DNA from: Minisyncoccota bacterium
GTDB taxonomy: Bacteria; Patescibacteriota; Minisyncoccia; SW-4-49-11
NCBI GenBank assembly: GCA_032117235.1
Contig: JAULZW010000007.1
Span: 4,091-68,090 of the forward strand
Direction: 5' to 3'
Length of the DNA: 64,000 nucleotides
This document shows positions 1 through 10,556 of the stretch, piece by piece; within the stretch, counting starts at the first letter, position 1; each line of letters opens with the position of its first letter. The notes beneath the pieces were generated by a model. It made no database searches. It was not told where the DNA came from and saw nothing but the letters and a program-made list of their open reading frames with translations. The translations under genes were made by a program, and so were the position numbers.

Positions 1-1254
1 TGCGTCATTTCTAGTAGTGTCATTAGGGTTTAGAACTGTATCAGTAGTCCAATGATTAGAATCGTATCCAAAGGTAGTACCCTGCGTTGCTTTCATCATC
101 ATCATCCAACCTCCACCATCGTATATAGGATCTAGTATAGAGTAAACTTTTGTCGGACCTACTACAGGTAAATCAATCCAGTATACTCCATTACTAGTAA
201 ATCCTTTCTCTACTAAATACTTAGCACTTGGAGCCGCCTTTGCTGGTGAAGATCCATCTTTTACTACTATAGGAGGAGAGTCATCTATTGTAAAGCCTAA
301 TGATTCTAATGACATTCCATCAGTAGTTCCATTTCCTTGAACATAAAAATCTATTGTATTAACTCCCTTTATAAGATTGGATATAATTGTTTCAGCCCCT
401 AATGTATATGTATTATTAGTAGGGTTCCAAACACCATTATTAAGAACTCCATCATTTACCGTATATTTAGGGACCCATGAACCTTGAACCCCTCCACTAC
501 CACTATCATCTGCTGCCCATCTAAATTTTAACCTTAACTTATTTATTTGAGAATCTGGTATATTTGATAAATCTAACTTTTGACGGAATACAAATTGAGT
601 CCACTTAGCATCATTATTTCCAGTATTATTATTAGCAATCCACCCGTCTCTAGCAGTAACATTAGCTACCGAGTAAAATGTATTATTTCCGTTTAAAAAT
701 GAGCTTGCTGAAGTATTATTTGGCAAATCAATATTTGAAACATTAGAAGCTACCTCCCAATAATTTATATTTGTTTTTGTGGTTGAAGCAAATATTATAT
801 CATTAACGGGTAAAATACTGGACTGCATAGAAACAGTATCCTTCCCATCTGCTGAATTAGATTTTATAAATATAGTGACTAATCTATTAGGGGTTACATT
901 TTTAGCAAACAACACTTCTACAACATTAAATAAATTAGGGTCTGTTAAATCAGCATCATTTCGTAATATTTTTTTATTTGTCTGATCAAATTTATAAATA
1001 ATAAGAGCTCCATCTTGATTTATGAATTTTAAATTACTACTATCTACAACATAAACTATTGAAGCTGTCTTCAACTCTTTTTCCATCTTATTTATAACAA
1101 ATTGAAGATTATCTCTCATATTATCACTAGTCTGAGATTCTCTTTGATATTTAATAACACTAGCTACTGGTTGAGATATAACTAGCATAATAATAGACAA
1201 TATACCTACTACTACCATTAATTCAACTAAAGTAAATCCTTTTTTTGTTTTCAT
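1..1254 (-). CDS. Large type IV pilin-like protein, 5'-partial (runs off the window start). N-terminus MKTKKGFTLVELMVVVGILSII is a class III prepilin signal, followed by a C-terminal domain of more than 400 aa.
   Basis: My own reverse-complement translation from the ATG at 1254..1252 gives the canonical G-F-T-L-V-E prepilin motif. I checked the frame for stops over 1-240 and found none. The ORF track does not list it because it is truncated by the window edge. Confidence 0.6.
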   Translation of the reverse strand, partial: MKTKKGFTLVELMVVVGILSIIMLVISQPVASVIKYQRESQTSDNMRDNLQFVINKMEKELKTASIVYVVDSSNLKFINQDGALIIYKFDQTNKKILRNDADLTDPNLFNVVEVLFAKNVTPNRLVTIFIKSNSADGKDTVSMQSSILPVNDIIFASTTKTNINYWEVASNVSNIDLPNNTSASSFLNGNNTFYSVANVTARDGWIANNNTGNNDAKWTQFVFRQKLDLSNIPDSQINKLRLKFRWAADDSGSGGVQGSWVPKYTVNDGVLNNGVWNPTNNTYTLGAETIISNLIKGVNTIDFYVQGNGTTDGMSLESLGFTIDDSPPIVVKDGSSPAKAAPSAKYLVEKGFTSNGVYWIDLPVVGPTKVYSILDPIYDGGGWMMMMKATQGTTFGYDSNHWTTDTVLNPNDTTRNDA

Positions 1255-1259
1255 AAATT

Positions 1260-1772
1260 TCAATCTATTCTATATAATTCAATAGTAGCCTTATACACTC
1301 TCAAGGCTTCACCTCTAGGATTTCTAACCACTACTGTACTAGTAACTTTAGGTATTCCTCCAATGGTAGTAGAATTATCAACCTCAACAAATCTATAAAA
1401 TATTTTATTACTAGTATCTGCTGACATTTTATAGATAGAACCTGCAGTTGGCTCATCTAAGTCACAAGTACTCCCATTAATAATATCATTGACATTATCA
1501 TCTGTACATGTAGAAGTAGAAGTTAAACTTGCTGTAGTAGTATCTACTTGATATGTATTTATACCAGTAGGTAAAACAGTACCATTAGCATAAATTGTTC
1601 TCACTATTTCAAGCCCTTCCGATACTAAAAGATTAGCAGTATTGTCATGTTGTAAAAAAAATTTAGCTCTCATTATGTTTAATTGCAAATCTAACATTGC
1701 TATAAAAGAGGTAGTTAGAATTGTGATGGCAACTAATGATCCTACTAATGTAGCCCCTTTTCTAGTTTTCAT
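1260..1772 (-). CDS. Minor pilin / pseudopilin-like protein. It has a prepilin-like N-terminus but lacks the Glu at +5.
   Basis: N-terminus MKTRKGATLVGSLVAITILTT is a hydrophobic helix right after a basic residue and Gly. It sits between a pilin and pilD. Confidence 0.4.
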   Translation of the reverse strand: MKTRKGATLVGSLVAITILTTSFIAMLDLQLNIMRAKFFLQHDNTANLLVSEGLEIVRTIYANGTVLPTGINTYQVDTTTASLTSTSTCTDDNVNDIINGSTCDLDEPTAGSIYKMSADTSNKIFYRFVEVDNSTTIGGIPKVTSTVVVRNPRGEALRVYKATIELYRID

Positions 1773-1777
1773 ACTAA

Positions 1778-2254
1778 TTATTTTACTTCAATTAAACCAG
1801 AGCTAGTGACTCTAATTGTTTTGGAAATACCTTTAGTCAATGTAATAGACTTTTCAGTAGTGGCTGCAAAAGGTACATCAAAGTTAAATGTAACATCAGC
1901 ATCTATATCGGCATAATTTAAAGTTTTGGTGGACAATGAATAATTAGACTCATTGCAAATAGTTGACGGGGGTGTACTGGAAGTATAAATTGGTTGTATT
2001 TCTTTAGTAGAACTAGTTATTCGCACTCCTATAGAACATAGCTGTTTTATACTATCAATACCTACCGTCTGACTTTTTGAGGGTGCCAAGGCTTCATTCT
2101 GGGCTTTTCTAATAGCTTGAACTACTTGAGAAACATCTTCGTCTAACATAGCTCTTTCTCTAGAAGAAAAAAAACCCTCTACGCTTATACTTGATATAAT
2201 ACCTACTATAGCTAGTGATACTAATATCTCTACTAATGAGAATCCTGTTTTCAT
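1778..2254 (-). CDS. Prepilin-type N-terminal cleavage/methylation domain protein (minor pilin).
   Basis: N-terminus MKTGFSLVEILVSLAIVGII is the classic type IV pilin leader plus hydrophobic helix. Confidence 0.6.
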   Translation of the reverse strand: MKTGFSLVEILVSLAIVGIISSISVEGFFSSRERAMLDEDVSQVVQAIRKAQNEALAPSKSQTVGIDSIKQLCSIGVRITSSTKEIQPIYTSSTPPSTICNESNYSLSTKTLNYADIDADVTFNFDVPFAATTEKSITLTKGISKTIRVTSSGLIEVK

Positions 2255-2256
2255 AT

Positions 2257-3078
2257 TTATATATTAGGCATAATTAAATAATACCATATATTTACATTTG
2301 AGACAAGTTTTATTTCGATTAATGTATATACTATAATAAATGTTAATATAATACTAGGTCCAAATGCAATTTTTTGCTTCAAAGAAGAGTTGTGATTGAT
2401 AATCATTATGATTATGCCCCAAATCATACCTATGAAAAATGAACCGAAAAAAAACGGCATAGCCCAAATTAATGGGATAAATAATCCAAGCCCCAAAAAT
2501 AACTCTATATCTCCCCAACCTATACCTTGCTTTTTGGTAATAACATATAAAAACCAAGTGATAAACATACAAATAATAGCTGTAATAAAAGAATCCGGCA
2601 TTATTCGTGTTTGATAATATTCCAAACCGAACCATATTAAACCTAGAGTTTGAATTGTACGAAGTTGTATGACAGGTATAAGCTGATACTTCAAGTCATA
2701 GACAAATACAATTACTAATTGAGTAATTAAAGTCAGAGTAATTAAAATCTTTGAGATTTGAATCCAACTCAAACTATATAAACTTAATATATCAGGAATA
2801 AATAGATATATATAAGCTGTAAATAACATAGCTGTTATTAACTCTACCAGAGGATATTGAATAGATAGTTTCTGATGACATTTTCTACATTTACCTTTTT
2901 GTATTAAGAAAGATATAATTGGGATAAGCTCACTCCAAGTTAAGATATGTTTGCAATGCATACATTCTGATCTACCATTCCAAAATTTTTTTTCAGTAGT
3001 CATCCGGAATAAGACAACATTCAAAAAACTACCAATCCCAAGTCCTAAGATAAAGATTATAATAAGAACATATAGCAT
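2257..3078 (-). CDS. pilD: Prepilin peptidase (A24 family), PilD.
   Basis: Polytopic membrane protein. N-terminal Zn-binding CxxC...CxxC (CMHCKH...CRKCHQ) after a GSFLNVV segment is typical of PilD. It sits inside the pilus locus. Confidence 0.8.
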   Translation of the reverse strand: MLYVLIIIFILGLGIGSFLNVVLFRMTTEKKFWNGRSECMHCKHILTWSELIPIISFLIQKGKCRKCHQKLSIQYPLVELITAMLFTAYIYLFIPDILSLYSLSWIQISKILITLTLITQLVIVFVYDLKYQLIPVIQLRTIQTLGLIWFGLEYYQTRIMPDSFITAIICMFITWFLYVITKKQGIGWGDIELFLGLGLFIPLIWAMPFFFGSFFIGMIWGIIIMIINHNSSLKQKIAFGPSIILTFIIVYTLIEIKLVSNVNIWYYLIMPNI

Positions 3079-3121
3079 AAATACTAAACTAAAATTTATA
3101 TTTAATTCCAGTGAATTTGAT

Positions 3122-3151
3122 AGATAAGAGAAAATTAATTCTCTCTTATCT
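3122..3151 (-). terminator. Perfect 10-bp inverted repeat (AGATAAGAGA / TCTCTTATCT, 9-10 nt loop) immediately 3' of the major pilin gene. Candidate partial terminator or mRNA-stabilising hairpin.
   Basis: Read directly from the sequence. There is no clean U-tract after it, so it may be an attenuating or stabilising hairpin rather than a full terminator. Confidence 0.35.
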
Positions 3152-3168
3152 ACACAAAGTAACTTGAA

Positions 3169-3630
3169 TTATGGACAAGCTGTTAGTGACGAGTTAACTA
3201 TTGCCTCACCTGTAGCAAGAGTTATAAATCTTGTTGTTCCTGTACTATCTGCACAATACCAGTCAAGTTCATTAGTAGTGTTTCTAGTTCTAACTGCCAT
3301 AACCCAGAATCCAACACCACTATTACCTCTTATAGGAGTAGCTGCATCACCAGTACCCAGAGTTTCTCCATTAGTGGTAAGAGTAGTACGAAGTTGACCA
3401 ATTCTACCGGCAGTGGCAGATAGAGGGTTGAGATACTTATTAGTATTTAATGTATATCCGTCTAATTCCATAATGGATCTAAGAGAGGATAGAGCTGATT
3501 GCACAGAAGCTGCTCTACCACGACTTCTAGCACTATTTACATTTACTAATACTACTGAGGCTAAGATACCAATAATGGCAATTACCACAAGTAATTCAAT
3601 CAATGTAAATCCTTTTTGTAATTTTTTCAT
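3169..3630 (-). CDS. pilA: Major type IV pilin (PilA-like). N-terminus MKKLQKGFTLIELLVVIAIIGILA, C-terminal Cys pair.
   Basis: Canonical prepilin leader. 153 aa with C...C near the C-terminus (disulfide loop). Strong SD AAAGGAGGTG 7 nt upstream and a TATAAT -10 at 3687..3682 suggest a dedicated promoter and high expression. Confidence 0.75.
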   Translation of the reverse strand: MKKLQKGFTLIELLVVIAIIGILASVVLVNVNSARSRGRAASVQSALSSLRSIMELDGYTLNTNKYLNPLSATAGRIGQLRTTLTTNGETLGTGDAATPIRGNSGVGFWVMAVRTRNTTNELDWYCADSTGTTRFITLATGEAIVNSSLTACP

Positions 3631-3689
3631 TTTTTCACACCTCCTTTCTTTATCATATATTTACATTTATTTAATATCTTGATTATATT

Positions 3690-4907
3690 TTAGAATGCTC
3701 CAGCGATATTGTAAATAGGCATTAAAACTGCTAATACAAATATACCGACCCCGACTCCAAGTCCTACTATCATCACTGGTTCTACTAAAACTGTTAGGTT
3801 AGCGACAAGATTATCCACTTCTTGTTTATAGAATCTAGTTAAAGTTTGTAAAACCAAAATAGTTTTTCCTGTTTTCTCTCCTACCGAGATAATCTGAGAG
3901 GCAATATATGGAAATTCCGGGTATTTCATCAAAGTATCAGACAATTGCCCACCACCTTTCACACTCTCAATAGCTTCTAGAATTATTTTTTCAAAAACAG
4001 AATTTCCTACTATTTTAGAGTTTATTTCTAAAGATTGCAGTAATGGAACTCCAGCTCTTAATAAATTACTTAAATTGGTAGCAAATCTAGCTATGTATAA
4101 TTTAGTAAATAATTGTCCAAATATGGGTAGTCTAAGTTGCCATTTATCTACAAATTTCTTACCAAATTCTGTTTTTGTAAAATATACTATACCTGCTACT
4201 ATACCTATAATTCCTATAAGAACTGGAAATATATGTTTTTGTAACAAATTTGAGCCTGAAATTAGAATTTGAGTCATCCATGGTAATTCCTGATCAGAAC
4301 CAGTACTTTCTAAAACCTCAACTAAGTCAGGTAAGACAAAATAGGCTATCCCTAAAGATAAAACTACAAAAATTAGCAGCACAAATACAGGGTAAGATAA
4401 TGCTCCTTTAATTTTATTATTCAAATCATATTGTTCTTCTAGATAATCAGCCATATACAGCAAAGATTCTTGCAACCCTCCAGAAGCTTCTCCCGATCTA
4501 ATTATAGATACGAATAAGTTATCAAATACTTTTGGATTTTTTGCCATAGCATCTGATAACAAAGTACCATCTTGTAATTCTAACACTAATTTATCTAAAA
4601 TTTGTTTGAAATATTTATTTCTATTATTTTGATCTCTTAATACACTTACTGCTTCTATCAAAGGAATTTGCACTTCTAAAAACACAGCTAGAATCCTAGT
4701 AAATACTACCAATTCTCTGGATGATACTTTGTTAAATATTTCTAAGTCTTTCCCAAACAAAGATTGTTTATTAATATCTTGTAGCGAGATTACAATCAAA
4801 TCTTTACTTTGTAGTGCAGTTAGGGCTGAGTCTTCGGTTGAAGCATCAACTACACCTTGTTTGAGTATATTATCTTTAGTTTTTGCTAAATATTTAAATT
4901 TTGCCAT
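3690..4907 (-). CDS. pilC: Type IV pilus platform protein PilC (GspF family).
   Basis: 405 aa with three TM segments and two GspF-type cytoplasmic repeats. Lies between pilT and the pilin. Confidence 0.85.
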   Translation of the reverse strand: MAKFKYLAKTKDNILKQGVVDASTEDSALTALQSKDLIVISLQDINKQSLFGKDLEIFNKVSSRELVVFTRILAVFLEVQIPLIEAVSVLRDQNNRNKYFKQILDKLVLELQDGTLLSDAMAKNPKVFDNLFVSIIRSGEASGGLQESLLYMADYLEEQYDLNNKIKGALSYPVFVLLIFVVLSLGIAYFVLPDLVEVLESTGSDQELPWMTQILISGSNLLQKHIFPVLIGIIGIVAGIVYFTKTEFGKKFVDKWQLRLPIFGQLFTKLYIARFATNLSNLLRAGVPLLQSLEINSKIVGNSVFEKIILEAIESVKGGGQLSDTLMKYPEFPYIASQIISVGEKTGKTILVLQTLTRFYKQEVDNLVANLTVLVEPVMIVGLGVGVGIFVLAVLMPIYNIAGAF

Positions 4908-4916
4908 AAATTTTTG

Positions 4917-5987
4917 TTATGTTGCTGATCTTTTGAGCATACTTCTTAAACTAACTGGGTCTGGAGAGTATAAAAGCGCAGTCTCATAAGAAACTATACC
5001 TCGTACAATTAAATCAAATAATGATACATTCATAGAAATCATCCCTTCTTTTCTATGAGTTTCAATAACTGTATCTAACTGGTAAATACGATTTTCGCGG
5101 ATTAAACTCTTTACAGCATTATTAACTAACAATATTTCTAGAGCTGGGGTTAATTCACCATTAACAGTAGGAATTAATCTTTGAGAAACAACTGCTTGCA
5201 GAGAATTAGCGATTTGAGACCTAACCTGTCCTTGCTGATAAGTTTGGAAAGTATCTATAATTCTATCTATAGATTGAGTTGCACTATTGGTATGAAGGGT
5301 TGAAAAAACTAAATGTCCAGTTTCAGCAGCCGTTACTGCCACCTTCATAGTATCTAAATCTCTCATTTCACCCAATAAAATAACATCAATATCTTGCCTA
5401 AATGAAGCCTCAAGAGCATTACTAAAACTTTTTGTATCATATCCTATTTCTCTTTGAGTAATAATACTTTTATCTGGTTTATATACAAACTCAATAGGAT
5501 CTTCTATAGTAACAATTTTTACATCTCTAGTATGATTAATTTCATTTATAACCGAAGCCAATGTTGTGGATTTACCAGATCCTGTAGGTCCAGTAACTAA
5601 CACAAATCCTTGCATTAATTGAGAAAATTGATGTATAACTGCAGGTAAACCTAATTGCTCAAAAGTAAGTATATCTGAGGGTAAATATCTCATTACTAAA
5701 TTCGGATATCCCTGAGCAATAAAAGCATTTACACGAAATCTAGAGGTAGGCTCATTGAATGTATATGCAAAATCTTGCTCTTGCCCACTATACAAATCGT
5801 CAATCTTATCTTGAGATAACATAGAGCTAAGCAATTCATTGATAGAATCCTTGGTTAAAATATCCTCCTCTATAGTTATTAATCTATTTTTAATTCTCAA
5901 TATTGGCTTACTACCTGTTGTCAAGTGAATATCAGAACCTTTAGCGTTAACAATTTGATTAATTATAGATGATAAATTGATTTGCAT
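4917..5987 (-). CDS. pilT: Twitching-motility / pilus retraction ATPase PilT.
   Basis: 356 aa. Walker A GPTGSGKSTT, Asp box and His box of PilT/GspE ATPases. No N-terminal GspE-N domain. Confidence 0.85.
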   Translation of the reverse strand: MQINLSSIINQIVNAKGSDIHLTTGSKPILRIKNRLITIEEDILTKDSINELLSSMLSQDKIDDLYSGQEQDFAYTFNEPTSRFRVNAFIAQGYPNLVMRYLPSDILTFEQLGLPAVIHQFSQLMQGFVLVTGPTGSGKSTTLASVINEINHTRDVKIVTIEDPIEFVYKPDKSIITQREIGYDTKSFSNALEASFRQDIDVILLGEMRDLDTMKVAVTAAETGHLVFSTLHTNSATQSIDRIIDTFQTYQQGQVRSQIANSLQAVVSQRLIPTVNGELTPALEILLVNNAVKSLIRENRIYQLDTVIETHRKEGMISMNVSLFDLIVRGIVSYETALLYSPDPVSLRSMLKRSAT

Positions 5988-6002
5988 ATATATATTTATA
6001 TT

Positions 6003-6377
6003 TTAATTTTGAGGTAAATACTTTTGTATAGTGCGCAAAACTTCAGTTGGAGTATAATTAGATTTGACCATATAGTCTAAGGCCCCTAACTCAAAAGCCT
6101 GATTAATATCAGCTTGTGAAGACAAATTACTAAGAACTATAACTGGGATATCTTTAAACTTATCTTCCTTCTTCAACCATTTTAATATATCAAATCCACT
6201 AATGTTAGGCAGGACTAAATCTAGCAATATCAAATTTATATTATTCTTATCCAAAATAAACTTTAATTCATCTTTATTAAGTGCAGTAAATACATTTGTG
6301 TTTATTTCTTCTATTTTATTAGAATACATCTGCTTAATAAAGGGATCGTCTTCTATTAGTAGTATGTTATATTTCAT
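6003..6377 (-). CDS. Single-domain response regulator (CheY-like receiver) embedded in the pilus operon (PilH/PilG-like).
   Basis: 124 aa. Acidic pocket EDD near the N-terminus, phospho-acceptor Asp in LILLDLVLP, and a conserved Lys downstream. Confidence 0.75.
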   Translation of the reverse strand: MKYNILLIEDDPFIKQMYSNKIEEINTNVFTALNKDELKFILDKNNINLILLDLVLPNISGFDILKWLKKEDKFKDIPVIVLSNLSSQADINQAFELGALDYMVKSNYTPTEVLRTIQKYLPQN

Positions 6378-6434
6378 GATTTATATATTTATATACTGTA
6401 TTGTGTATATTATATTATAGTTTTTTAATCTTGT

Positions 6435-8150
6435 CTATACTTCTACCATTGTCAATAACTCTGTTAATGATAAATATCCCATTAACACTTTCAGTATTCC
6501 ATCTTGCTTTAAAGTAACATAGTTATTAGTCTTGAGATGATTTATTATATCGTCTACTCCAGTATTTTGTCCAATTATTTCTCTTAATTCTTCTGTCACA
6601 GATAAAACCTCAAAAATAGCCATTCTACCCTTAAATCCATTCGTGCATTTGGGACAGCCTACAGGTTTATAGCCCTTATCAAAATTACCTGAGTATACGC
6701 TTTGGATATATTCAGCATCGAGAGTATTTAGAGAATCTTTAATATATTTTTGTTCCTGTTCAGAAAAAGTGATTTCTTGTTTACACTCTGGGCAGAGTGT
6801 TCTAGATAGTCTCTGAGCTATTACAACTTGCAAAGAAGCTGATAATAAGAAAGGTTCTACTCCCATATCGGTCAATCTAGGGATAGCTCCTGGAGCATCA
6901 TTAGTATGCAATGTTGAGAACACAATATGTCCAGTCAAAGCTGATTGCACGGCTAATCCAGCTGTTTCACCGTCTCTAATTTCTCCCACCATAATAACAT
7001 CCGGATCTTGCCTCAAAATAGATCTCAATCCAGTGGCGAATGTATAGTTAATATCTGGCCTGACTTGCGACTGATTAATTCCAGCTAAATAATATTCTAT
7101 TGGGTCTTCTAAAGTTACTATATTGATATCTTCTGTATTAACCTGAGCTAATAAAGTATAAACTGTAGTTGATTTACCAGATCCAGTAGGACCAGTTAAT
7201 AATATCATACCAAATGGCTTATTAATGGCATCCCGAACTATTTCTGCTTTTGGACCTATGTATCCTAGTGATTCTAATGTCCTTACACCACCTGATGTGT
7301 CTAAAATTCTAAGTACTATTTTTTCCCCATAGTTTGTGGGGAAGGTGGAGACTCTAAAGTCTATTTTTTTATCTTGCTCTATGATGGAAAATCTACCGTC
7401 TTGAGGCTTTCTCTGTTCATCAATTTTTAAATTAGATAATATTTTGATACGGGCTACAATTGCAGGATATAAAACCTTTGGCAATACGAGGCTAGTATAT
7501 AGAACACCATCTACTCTAAATCTAACTCTAACGGAATCCTCTGAACCTTCAATATGTATATCTGATGCATCACCCGTTACAGCTGTTTTTACAATAACAG
7601 ATACTATTTTTATAATTGGAGCAGTTTCTAAGTTTTCTTTATTAACATCTGAAATATCAGGAAGCTCCTTAGTTTCCTCATTTTTTTCTTCAAATTCTTG
7701 AACATTATCTTTCACCGCATTAGTTAATGTATCAAAATCTTTTAATAGATTGGTAATATCATTTTCTGTTGCTACAAATAATTCAAATTTTAAATATTTT
7801 TCTTGAAAAATAAATTTTATAGCTTGAATTGCATTATAGCTATCTGGATCTGAAATAGCTACTGAAATTAAATTATTATCTTTAGCAAAAGGTACTAAAT
7901 TATATTTTCTCATTATAGTAATAGGTAGAATTTCGTACAATTCTTTATCAACTTCATATTCTGATAAGTCAATATAGCTTAATCCCCAAAACTCTGCATT
8001 TATTTTTAATAACTGTTTTTCAGTAAAATTACTAGAAAGAAATTGCTTAATATCATCTTCTGATAAAGAATCAAAATTTGCTATGTCCTTAAATTTTTCG
8101 GGAAATTCTATTTTTAGAGATTCAAATGTTTTTCTTAAATCAAATTGCAT
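6435..8150 (-). CDS. pilB: Type IV pilus assembly ATPase PilB (GspE family).
   Basis: 571 aa. N-terminal GspE-N-like domain, Walker A GPTGSGKSTT, tetracysteine Zn motif CPEC...CPKC. Confidence 0.9.
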   Translation of the reverse strand: MQFDLRKTFESLKIEFPEKFKDIANFDSLSEDDIKQFLSSNFTEKQLLKINAEFWGLSYIDLSEYEVDKELYEILPITIMRKYNLVPFAKDNNLISVAISDPDSYNAIQAIKFIFQEKYLKFELFVATENDITNLLKDFDTLTNAVKDNVQEFEEKNEETKELPDISDVNKENLETAPIIKIVSVIVKTAVTGDASDIHIEGSEDSVRVRFRVDGVLYTSLVLPKVLYPAIVARIKILSNLKIDEQRKPQDGRFSIIEQDKKIDFRVSTFPTNYGEKIVLRILDTSGGVRTLESLGYIGPKAEIVRDAINKPFGMILLTGPTGSGKSTTVYTLLAQVNTEDINIVTLEDPIEYYLAGINQSQVRPDINYTFATGLRSILRQDPDVIMVGEIRDGETAGLAVQSALTGHIVFSTLHTNDAPGAIPRLTDMGVEPFLLSASLQVVIAQRLSRTLCPECKQEITFSEQEQKYIKDSLNTLDAEYIQSVYSGNFDKGYKPVGCPKCTNGFKGRMAIFEVLSVTEELREIIGQNTGVDDIINHLKTNNYVTLKQDGILKVLMGYLSLTELLTMVEV

Positions 8151-8328
8151 ATTTTGTGAATTTATTTAAAGAAATTTTTGATTACAGTAATATTATCTTC
8201 TATTTCAACTTTTTTATTCATAGAATTTAAAATTGGATTTATAATACCATATCCAAAATATAACATAATAATTATGCTTAATATAATTGTTATTGTTGTT
8301 GTGTTTATATTATACTTAAGTTTATTTT

Positions 8329-8901
8329 TCATAATGTTACATAATATGTTTTTACTCTTATTGAAGAGTTAGATTTTTGAGAAAAACCATCTACATCTAA
8401 GTTCGTGGTACCACTCACACTTTGAATATCAATATACTGTTTAGAATCAGCTAATTTAGATAGAAATGAATCTACGGAACTCTTATTACCACTAATAGCC
8501 ATATTGATGTCAATGATTTTTAATTTATTCGATTTTTCAGCACCTCCTAAAATTTCACTTGTATCTAAGTTTTCATCTTCGACATTGGATGTAGGAGCAG
8601 ATTTTTTTGTATCACCTAATTCAATACTTAAGCTAGATATGTTTACACCTGATTCTTGAGTAAAAGAATCTATTAAGTTAATTAGCTTATTCTTATCATA
8701 TTTATCTAGAACAAATTCATTACTAGATTTATACAATTTTTCTGGATTATTATCATTAAAAGCTTGTTTAAGTAGCAACTCTTTTTTCAATTTATCAATA
8801 CTTTCTAAGTCAGCAGACAGCATTGGTAGTAAATTTGAATTTACTAACCAAATTGCTATTAAAAAGATAATTATTGACAAAAGCTTAATTTGATTTGACA
8901 T
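8329..8901 (-). CDS. PilO-like pilus assembly protein (N-terminal TM anchor, periplasmic domain).
   Basis: 190 aa with a single N-terminal TM and a predicted coiled coil. Positioned between pilN-like and pilB as in pilMNO operons. Assigned by synteny and topology only. Confidence 0.4.
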   Translation of the reverse strand: MSNQIKLLSIIIFLIAIWLVNSNLLPMLSADLESIDKLKKELLLKQAFNDNNPEKLYKSSNEFVLDKYDKNKLINLIDSFTQESGVNISSLSIELGDTKKSAPTSNVEDENLDTSEILGGAEKSNKLKIIDINMAISGNKSSVDSFLSKLADSKQYIDIQSVSGTTNLDVDGFSQKSNSSIRVKTYYVTL

Positions 8902-8902
8902 A

Positions 8903-9430
8903 TTATTTTAATTTTATTTGTACATTAAAAGAAACTTTACCACCATCATCAGAATTTAAGGTAGAGAAAGTTACATTACTTATTAAAGGCAAGGCTTTAA
9001 ATGAGTCAATTTGTTTAGTTGTACTCATAAAGGATGGTGTTGACATAGCCATACTTATTTCTTTATTAACTTTATCATATGAAAACTGAGAAACGACAGC
9101 TCCTGGGATATAAGCTGACTCTATAGATTTAATAGCCGCTATTGAATCATAAGAATTATTTATTAAATCAGCAATATTAAATAAACCTTGATCTAAGTCA
9201 GTAGTTATGTAATAACTACTATTGGCATTGTCTAATTTTTCTATATCTTGAGTTATTTTAGCTTTCTCCTGAACAACAAAAAACCAATAAACAAATCCTA
9301 CTATACCAATATATACCAAAAAGAAACCTCCTAGTATATATATTAAAGTATTATCTTTACTTTTAGAGTTTAATTCGTCTAATTGCTCAAGATTTCTTTG
9401 ATTTTTGGGAATGAATTTAATAGTATCCAT
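8903..9430 (-). CDS. PilN-like pilus assembly protein.
   Basis: 175 aa with one TM (IYILGGFFLVYIGIVGFVYWFFVV) about 30 aa from the N-terminus, directly downstream of pilM. Assigned by synteny and topology. Confidence 0.45.
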   Translation of the reverse strand: MDTIKFIPKNQRNLEQLDELNSKSKDNTLIYILGGFFLVYIGIVGFVYWFFVVQEKAKITQDIEKLDNANSSYYITTDLDQGLFNIADLINNSYDSIAAIKSIESAYIPGAVVSQFSYDKVNKEISMAMSTPSFMSTTKQIDSFKALPLISNVTFSTLNSDDGGKVSFNVQIKLK

Positions 9431-9431
9431 A

Positions 9432-10499
9432 CTATTCTATATATTTTTTTAATGCCACACCTATTGACAATATTAAATCCTGCCAAATATCTACCTTCAA
9501 GTCATCATTATCAAGTCCTTTTACACTCAAGTTAGAGATTGGGGATGCAATAGAAATATTCATATTTGTATTATTAAATTGATTTTTGAATATAGAACCT
9601 ATATAATCTCTAACTCCTGTCATCTTAGATGTCCCCCCCAATATAACAACACTATTAATATCAATGTCCATTATCTCTTTCACATTTCCCAATAGTCGAA
9701 TCACATCTTTGACTATAAAAGAATTTATTTTTGACTGAATAAGCTCAGCTATTTTAGGATCTTTATTATTTACTCCATTTTCTTTTTTCAAATTTTCAGC
9801 TTCTAAAATAGAACAACCCCTCATCTGTTTTATGGATTCAGTAATTTGATTTCCCCCAAAATCAAATGATTGGATAGTTTGCAATTTCTTATAAGCATCG
9901 ACAACTATAACCGTACTATTCCTAGCACCTATATCAATAAGACAAGTATTCTCTTTAGGCAAATCAATAGATCTCAAAATTGAGAAACAATCTAATTCAA
10001 AACCCTTTACTTTAATATTTAAAGCCTTAGTTACTTCAAGATATCTATTAGCTACTGTATTAGGTACAGCTATTATCAAAATATTATACTGATCTTGAAG
10101 TTTATTCTTGCCCAGATTAATCCAATCCAATTGAACACTACTAAGTGGAACTGGAATATGCTTTTTAGCTTCCAAAGGAACTGCTGATAAAAACTCCTTC
10201 TCTTCTAATATAGGTACTTGTATAATTGCAAATAAAGCTAAATATGATGGCAGAGCTATATAAGCATTTGACATACGCATACCTGATCTTGCAGTCATAG
10301 CCTTAATTATGTCAGTTATTTTTTGAGGAGCGAGAGCCACATCGCTATCTTTTTGCTGTATTACACTATCAAGATCATCATCCCATATACTATAGTTATC
10401 AATAGAAAAGTTGTTAAGGTTATGACTAACTTCAACAATTTTTATAGTTTGAGTTCCTATATCTATCCCAAAAGATTTATTTTGTCCCAATGTAAACAT
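9432..10499 (-). CDS. pilM: Type IV pilus assembly protein PilM (actin-like ATPase fold).
   Basis: 355 aa. N-terminal FGIDIGTQTIKIV phosphate-1 motif of the FtsA/PilM actin fold. First gene of the operon. Confidence 0.75.
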   Translation of the reverse strand: MFTLGQNKSFGIDIGTQTIKIVEVSHNLNNFSIDNYSIWDDDLDSVIQQKDSDVALAPQKITDIIKAMTARSGMRMSNAYIALPSYLALFAIIQVPILEEKEFLSAVPLEAKKHIPVPLSSVQLDWINLGKNKLQDQYNILIIAVPNTVANRYLEVTKALNIKVKGFELDCFSILRSIDLPKENTCLIDIGARNSTVIVVDAYKKLQTIQSFDFGGNQITESIKQMRGCSILEAENLKKENGVNNKDPKIAELIQSKINSFIVKDVIRLLGNVKEIMDIDINSVVILGGTSKMTGVRDYIGSIFKNQFNNTNMNISIASPISNLSVKGLDNDDLKVDIWQDLILSIGVALKKYIE

Positions 10500-10556
10500 T
10501 GTATCTTTTTTATTTATATTCTATAATATTTACATTATATTACAAAATAAAAAATT

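Noticed and set aside
779-985. 68-aa plus-strand ORF and other short plus-strand ORFs nested in minus-strand genes (2396..2614, 3164..3397, 4075..4272, 7444..7701, 14458..14745 and others).
   Set aside because: They are fully embedded antisense or out of frame in well-supported genes with recognisable products. No independent support.
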